Below, in pieces: positions 56,561 to 64,000 of a DNA stretch of 64,000 bases (its first letter is position 1; the number at the start of each line of letters is the position of its first letter). Source of the stretch: the human T2T-CHM13v2.0 reference genome, Homo sapiens. The translations under genes were made by a program, and so were the position numbers. The stretch lies in assembly GCF_009914755.1 (NCBI RefSeq), contig NC_060948.1. One strand, written 5' to 3'. The notes under the pieces were generated by a model that was not told the origin of the DNA, searched no databases, and was given only the letters and a program-made list of their open reading frames with translations.

Positions 56561-56950
56561 TGATATGGTTCAGCTGTGTCCCTACCCAAATCTTATCTTG
56601 AATTGTAGCTCCCACAATTCCCACATGTTGTGGAAAGGAGCTGGTGGGAGGTAACCGATTCATAGGGGTGGGTCTGTCCCATGCTGTTCTCATGATAGTG
56701 AATAAGTCTCATGAGATGTGATGGTTTAATAAGGGAGAGATTCCCTGCATAAGCCCTCTTTTTGCCTGCTGCTATCCATGTAACACGTGACTTGTTCCTC
56801 CTTGCCTTCCACCATAATGGGAGGCCTCCCCAGTCATGTGGAAGTTTTGAGTCCATTACACCTCACTGTGAGTCCATTAAACCTCTTTCCTGTATACATT
56901 ACCCAGTCTCAGGTAAGTCTTTATTAGAAGCATGAAAACAGACTAATGTA
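56561..56950 (+). mobile_element. THE1B-like solo LTR
   Basis: tgatatggttcagctgtgtccc...aacagactaatgta; flanks taagg/gaagg; small internal duplication tgagtccatta. Confidence 0.93.
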
Positions 56951-58499
56951 GAAGGCCATGCTATACCTGGGAATATAGGTTTTCTTTGCCAATAGTTTTT
57001 AGGAACTGAAAATAAAGAGCAAGAAATAACTATTAAATTCAAGTTAAATAAGAAATGACATCGGTTATTATTAAAACTAAATGCCAGTGTGTGCTCCTAA
57101 ATCACTTGGTATTCTGATATTTTTCAGTGATAAAATGGCACATACATGAAAGGTTCAATAAAAGTTTATGGAGGGGAATTGAGTCTCTTGGTATGAATCT
57201 ATTTCTTTACCTACAGAATCAGTGACTGGATTCTGTGTCTGTTGGCTTCTGCTTCTGTATATCATGCATTGATAGCCTCTGATTTGGGTGTGGGGACAGG
57301 GGAGGAGTCTATGTTTTCAGGCTGGAAATGAAACTTTGAAATCCACACAGAAGCTACTACCTACAGCCTCAATTCAGGAAGGGAAGAAATGTACAAATGA
57401 GGACAAGGGAGGTTTTCAGAAGAGAGGACCTAAGAAGTGGATGGATAAATGAGGTTGCTGGCTGCAGATGGCATGTGAGGAGAGAGAATCCTCGTGCAAT
57501 GAGAAGCTTCAAGATTGGCTGAGGTTCTCCAGGGTGCCTTGAGTGACAGGAGCAGGCTGAAGGAGAATGTGGGAAAATGGTGAGTGTTCGCTGTGTTTTC
57601 AGAGGTGCTCATGACTTCCACATAGTGCCGATTCATGAGCCTGGGGCTCAGACAAGCAGCAGGGTCCCCAAGAGTAGATTTAAGATGGGAGAACCTCTAC
57701 TGAGACTCCTAGTAAGTGTGACCTGGCAGAACTTTTACATAAGATTTTCCCAAGGCTCCTTTCCAGACCACTGGGCCCAGGACTCTACAGGTGTCCAGAA
57801 ACCAAGATTTGAGTCAGGCATAGTGATTAGAAGTAGCAGATAAGATCACCAAGGAGGATGGGAAAGAGTGAGATGAACATCAAGAACAACACCTGCACAC
57901 ACACAGATGCTGACATTTGGGGACTGATGAACCAAGTTCCTGGGTGAAAGGAAGTGCAGAGAGAAACAATGGGAGCAGTGGATGAGGGCGGATGGGCATG
58001 GTGCAGCCAGCACAGGGAGACATTGCAGAGAAGCATGAGAAATGGATGTCTGTGGTCTCAGCAGTCAGGAGTGGCAGATGCCAGGAGGAAATGCCCCCCA
58101 AGGTGAGGTGACAAGGTGAAGATACAGTCAGAAACAGGGATTGTGGCATCTGGCAGCTAATGTGGGAACAAGACTGAGGGAGGCCAAGGTTGTCTGGGAG
58201 AGCAAGATGCCCCAAGGCTAGTGTTCTGGACATGGACATAAGGCAGAACCTGAGTACCAGGGGCTGGGCACCTCAGGGTCATTTAGAAATAAGGATGTCA
58301 TGTGTGCTCAGCAGGCAGAGAGCCTCTCATTGGTGCTGGGTGCTGGGCATTCAGAGGAAGGGCAGGGGAGCGACAGTGGGGAGTTGGGAAGAGGCAGATG
58401 GGGCCCCCATGGACTGCAGAACATATCACAGTGGCATGAGGGTTATTAGAGCTGGCACAAAGGTTATTAGCGCTGAAGAGAGTGAGCATCAAGTACAGG

Positions 58500-58960
58500 A
58501 AGAGGAGGCTTCTGCACTTCCTTCTTTTCCTAAGGAAAGCCTTCCAGAAGAATTCAGCCCTCCACCCTCATACATTCAATGTTCAGGAGTTTCACAACCA
58601 GGAAAGCATGAGTCTTATCACCAAAGATAAGAAGTCAGCACCTGTGGCACCTGGCTGAGAAATTTTCCCAAAACATGTTGTCATAAAATTATCTTATCCT
58701 TCGTCTCCTAAGGGCCCACTTGTTTTTCCTAAAAGTCATTTATTCTTCTACTCATCCTTCTGCTCCTTTCCCATCCATGTTAAGATAACATACAATTCCC
58801 AAATTCTAATTGACTCCTTGAGTCACAATTTTCTCTGAACTCCTTGGATGTATGTAAATATAAATCTACCTTTACTCTTGATAGTGTGTCTTTTGTTAGT
58901 TTGATTTACAAGACCCCAATCACTGCACTTAAGAGGGTAGAGGAAATACTATTCCTCTGA
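58500..58960 (+). mobile_element. MER34/MER39-like ERV1 LTR
   Basis: gagtttcacaaccagg, tttcctaaaagtcattta, tgtcttttgttagtttgatttaca...ttaagagggtagagg. Confidence 0.6.
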
Positions 58961-59403
58961 TAGTGGAATTTGATTAAAGCAATCAACCTCATGCCAGGAA
59001 ACTCAGTAGGGACACCAAGCCCAAAGGCAAGTTCAATGAGAGAAAAGAAGTGTAAGGGGAGTATCTGTGAAGGCCATTATTATCATTATGGTTTTTCAAG
59101 TAATAAAATAAGGGAGAAAGGGCAATAAAATAATACCAAGGACAAGTGTCCAGAAGCAAGTGTATTTTGCTCAGTGATTGTGGGCGACAGGAGGAAGTGG
59201 CCTAGAGGCTGGAGCAATGATGCCCACAGAGGATGGTAAACAATGAAACAATGACAGGTGACTGTCCTCATCCCCTATAGCAGCTCCAGTGGGGCTGCGC
59301 CCTTAACTCAGTGTTTCAGGGTAAGAGGCTGATTCAAGGAACAGTTAGTTGATCTCCCAAAAACCAGAGGCATAGGCAGGCTCAGCTGGTTACAAAATAT
59401 TAA

Positions 59404-59405
<2 letters not shown>

Positions 59406-59439
<34 letters not shown>

Positions 59440-59717
59440 CTTGAGAAGGAGTCTTGTTCTGTTGCCCAGGCTGGAGTGTAGTTGTGCCATCTGGGCTCAC
59501 TGAAAACTCTGTCTCTCGGGTTCAAGCGATTCTCTTGCCTCAACCTCCTGAGTAGGTGGAATTACAGGTGTGCACAACCAGGCCCGGATAATTTTTTTAT
59601 TTTTAGTAGAGATGAGGTTTCACGAGGTTGGCCAAGCTGGTTTCAAACTCCTGACATCAAGTGATCCACTGTAATCCCAAAGTTTGGGATTACAGGCATG
59701 AGCCACCTTGCCCAGCC
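59406..59717 (-). mobile_element. AluS with T34 tail and 10-bp TSD aaatattaac
   Basis: TSD at 59395-59404 and 59719-59728. Confidence 0.95.
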
Positions 59718-60619
59718 TAAATATTAACTTTAAAATGGACATAAGTAATATACAGCTATTTGTTCTCCATTATCGTTGGAGGAAAAGAAGTTCCAGTTAC
59801 GAAGGTCAACTCAAACTGATAGGCTGCCTGCTCCTGTATGCCTTCATTTGGGACATATGAAATGTATGATAAGGATAAGTCAAGATTAAACTTTGGGTGA
59901 GTTTCACATGAAGTTACAGGTATTAGATATATATATCTACACACATGCATATATATATTTTAACTAGCTACATCTTTTTTTTCACTTTTTTTTAATCTAG
60001 GAAAGAGTCATAGAGATGCAAAATGTTCTTCACATTTGGTACAAGTTTATATGAAAATATGCCCAGTGACCATTTTCTTATATTAATTTCACTTTCTCCT
60101 AAGCCTCCTCTAAATTTTTTCATTACTCATGTTTTCTAATTGAACTATAAGTTCCTTGAAGGAAATCACATTGGAATCATGCCTGACACTTCCTTCTCCC
60201 TTACCACCTATTTCTAACCTGCCACACAATACTCCACTGAGTTATAAAACAAACATGGCCAATATGTCCTTCTGAGAACTTCCAGTGAGCTCAAATGCCT
60301 ACTGCACCATGTGTAAACTTTTCTAATTTGTTTCCAAAGTCCTCAGGATTGATTCTGTGTTGGCTGCTCCCCTGTTGGCTAATCCCGCTCTCTGTTCCTT
60401 CTCTGTAAAAACCTTGAGCATTTATCTCAGGGCCTGTGCCATCCCCAGATCCCCTATGATGTTCTAATTTGTGTCTGAGTGAACTTTCGTTCTTTCTCTC
60501 TCACACTGTGTAGAGCTGCCTCCCCCAACATCGCAATGTAAAGATGGTTCAGCTTACATCAGAGTTGAAAGAATTTCACAGAATACTCATATCCCCACAC
60601 AACCACCCAGACTACTCCC

Positions 60620-60920
60620 TTTTATTTTTCTTTTGAGACAGTGTCTCGCTCTGTCACTCATGCTGGAGAGCAGCGACATGATCTCGGCTCACTGCAACTT
60701 CTGCCTCCCAGACTGGTGATTCTCCCACCTTAAGGTGCATGTCTCCCACCTTCTGAGTAGCTGAGACTACAGGCATGCACCATGATGCCTGCAATATTTG
60801 TTATTATTGTAGAGACATGGTTTTGCTGTGTTGCCCAAGCTGGTCTTAACTCCTGAACTCAAGTGATCCTCCCACCCTGGCCTCTCAAAATGTTGAGATT
60901 ACAGGCATGAACCACCACCT
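60620..60920 (-). mobile_element. Alu (Jb/S type) with small internal duplication
   Basis: tgagacagtgtctcgctctgtc; tctcccacctt twice at ~60721 and ~60742. Confidence 0.92.
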
Positions 60921-61719
60921 GTAAGACTGTACTCTTAACAAGGTGATAGCATAATAGTTTGGGGTGTGAGTCAAAATGTCTAAAGGTTCATGAAATGAGT
61001 CCAGTCTACCTATTTATGTGGACTTAGACCTCCTTTATTAAGAAATATGCAGGTTTTCAGGGAAAAAATATAATCTACCACATCCCTTATTTATGAATGG
61101 TGAATATTACCTCACAACTTCAATCCTGGTATTCCAAAAAAAAAGAAAAAAGAAAAAAGATACCAAATATACACAAAACTTAAGCTGGTGAAATTAGTCT
61201 ACTCTACCTATTTGTGAACTTTAACATAACTCGCTTGAAAGCTGAACAGAAAAACAAAAAAAAATAATAATTTTTTAAAACCCTGAAATTCAGCTCCTAA
61301 AACAAGATTAACATAACAGAAAAATGAAAACACGCAAAGTAGTGATGGCTAGGCTTTAAAAAATTTATTTCTGATTTATGGTTTTACTTGTAATAAATAT
61401 CAACCATACAAGTGATACATAAGCAATGCCATAATTTTTGTTTTGCAACAAAGATGGCATTTTTATGCCTTGGAACAGAGAACCCTAGGGTGCCTTCCAG
61501 CTTGGTCTCTCAAGTCCCCACCAGCCAAGGAGTGGCTCACACTCACAAGTCTCAGGGCCTGGCATTAGGCCCAAGGAGGCTCTCTACCCACAGGTCTCTG
61601 GGCTTCAGAGGATGTGCTGGCAGAGGCAGCACCCTCAGGCAGGTGCTTTCACTCAGTGAGTGCTCGTTAGATTGAAGGTGGATCCTGGGGGACTTCTGAC
61701 AATGGTCTTATAATTGCTT

Positions 61720-64000
61720 TAATTAATTTATTTATTTTTAATTTATTGTACGTTGCATTCTCAGATGCATGTGCAGAACGTACAGGTTTGTTATATAAGT
61801 ATACATGTGCCACGGTGGTTTGCTGCACCCATCAACCATGATCTACATTAAGTATTTCTCCTAATGCTATCCTTCCCCTAGCCCCCAACCCTTGACAGAA
61901 CCCAGTGTGTGATGTTCCCCTCCCTGTGCCCAGGTGTTCTCATTGTTCAGCTCCCACTTATGAGTGAGAACATACAGTGTTTGGTCTTCTGCTCTCGTAT
62001 TAGTTTGCTGAGAATGATGGTTTCCAGCTTCATGATGTCCCTGCAAGGGACATGAAGGACATGAACTCATTCTTTTTTCATGGCTGTATAGTATTCCATG
62101 GTATATATGTTCCACATTTTCTTAATCCAGTCTATCATTGATGGACATTTGGGTTGGTTCAAGTCTTTGCTATTGTGAACAGTGCCACAATAAACATATG
62201 TGTGCATGTCTGTTTATAGTAGAATGATTTATAATCCTTTGGGTATGTACCCAGTAATGGGATTGCTGGGTGAAATGGTATTTCCAGTTCTAGATCCTTA
62301 AGGAATTGCCACACTGTCTTCCACAATAGTTGAACTAATTTACACTCCCACCAGCAGTGTAAAAGTATTCCTGTTTCTTCACATTCTCTACAGCATCTGT
62401 TGTTTCCTTGCTTTTTAATGATCACCATTCTAACTGGCATGAGATGGTATCTTATTGTGGTTTTGATTTGCATTTCTATAATGACCAGTAATGATGAGCT
62501 TTTTTTTCAATGTTTGTTGGCCACATAAATGTCTTCTTTGAGAAGTGTCTGTTCATATCCTTTGCCCACTTTTTGATGCGGTTGTTTGATTTTAATCCTG
62601 TAAACTTGTTTAAATTATCTGTAGATTCTGAATATTAGAACTTTGTCAGATGGATAGATTGCAAAAATTATTTCCCATTTTGTAGGTTGCCTTACAACTC
62701 TGATGGGAGTTTCTTTTGCTGTGCAGAAGCCTTTTAGTTTAATTACATCCCAACTGTCAATTTTGCATTTTCGTGCCAGTGCTTTTGGTGTTTTAGTCAT
62801 GAGGTCTTTGCCCATGCCTATGTCCTGAATGGTACTGCCTAGGTTTTTTTCTAAAGTTTCATGGGTTAAGGTCTTACATTTAAGTCTTTAATCCATCTTG
62901 AGTTAATTTTTGTATAAGGTGTAAGAAAGGGGTGCAGTTTCGGTTTTCTGCATAGAGCTAGCCGATTTTCCTAACACCATTTATTAAATAGGGAATCCTT
63001 TCCCCATTGTTGTTTTCATCAGGTTTGTCAAAGATCAGATGATTGTAGATGTGTGGTGTTATTTCTGAGGCATCTGTTCTGTTCCATTGGCCTATATATC
63101 TATTTTGGTACCAGTACCATGCTGTTTTGGTTAATGTAGACTAGTATTGTGATTTAAAGTCAGGTAGCATGATCCCCGCAGCTTTGTTCTTTTTGCTTAG
63201 GATTGCCTTGTCTATACCAGCTCTTTTTTGGTTCCCTGTGAAATTTAAAGTAGTTTTCTTTCTAAATCTGTGAAGAAAGTCAACAGTAGCCTGATGGGTA
63301 TAGCATTGAATCCACAAATTACTTTGGGCAGCATGGCCATTTTCATGACATTGATACTTCCTATCCATGAGCATGGAATGTTTTTCCATTATGTGGTCTT
63401 CTTTTATTTCATTGAGCAGTGGTTTGTAGTTCTCCTTGAAGAGGTCCTTCACATCTCTTGCAGGTTGTTCTCCTAGGTATTTTATTCTCTTTGTTGCAAC
63501 TGTGAATAGGCATTCACTCATGATTTGGCTCTCTCTTTGTCTATTACTGGTGTATAGGAATGATTGTGATTTTTGCACATTGATTTTGTATCCTGAGGCT
63601 TGGCTGAAGTTGCTTATCAGCTTAAGATTTGTTGGTGAGACAATGGGGTTTTCTAAATATACAATCATGTCATTGGCAAACAAAGACAATTTGACTTTCT
63701 CTGTCTGTATTTGACTACATTTCATTTCTTTCTCTTGCCTGATTGCCCTGGCCAGAACTTCCAATACTGTGTGGAATAGGAGTGGTGAGAGTGGGCATCC
63801 TTATCTTGTGCTAGTTTTCAAAGGGAATGCTTCCAGTTTTTGCCCATTCAGTATTGCATTGGCTGTGGGTTTGTTATAAATAGCGCTTATTATTTTGAGA
63901 TGTATTCCATCAATGCCTAGTTTATTGAGATGTTTTAGCATGCATAGGTGTTGAATTTTATCGAAGGCCTTTTCTACATCTATTGAGATAATCATGTGGT
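61720..64000 (-). mobile_element. L1PA7-like LINE-1, 3' 2.3 kb (continues beyond window)
   Basis: Track ORFs with [20 protein letters not shown]...LLHCWWEC; tagtagaatgatttataatcc; L1PA 3' UTR. Confidence 0.96.

Noticed and set aside
58190-58630. 146-aa ORF in a GC-richer segment
   Set aside because: Non-ATG start, runs into an LTR, no recognisable homology.

Overview
Primate (very probably human) non-coding genomic DNA: AT-rich, CpG-depleted, and largely made of interspersed and simple repeats. I find no credible cellular protein-coding exon, RNA gene or CRISPR-like system. The long ORFs in the track derive from L1, Alu, LTR or simple repeats. Two microsatellites have flanks matching, from my memory, the primers of the Y-STRs DYS492 ((ATT)12 at 26990) and DYS643 ((CTTTT)9 at 38665). 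This places the window on the male-specific Yq11 X-degenerate region; an alignment is needed to confirm it. The most informative structures are retrotransposition fossils: (i) a full-length ~6.2-kb L1PA6-like element carrying a ~250-bp 3' transduction, inserted into the middle of an 80-bp MADE1; (ii) a ~90-bp extreme 5'-truncated L1 with an apparent transduction; (iii) an inverted L1 with twin-priming geometry but discordant subfamily signatures; (iv) an AluJ whose tail appears to have grown into ~950 bp of TA-rich DNA containing a perfect 44-bp palindrome; (v) deep nested-transposon stacks; (vi) a head-to-head Tigger2a pair. A repeat-free block at ~5-7.5 kb carries a PBX/HOX plus MEIS motif cluster and is a candidate enhancer. 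Subfamily names come from recalled consensus motifs, boundaries are approximate, and nothing here supports a wholly new biological system.
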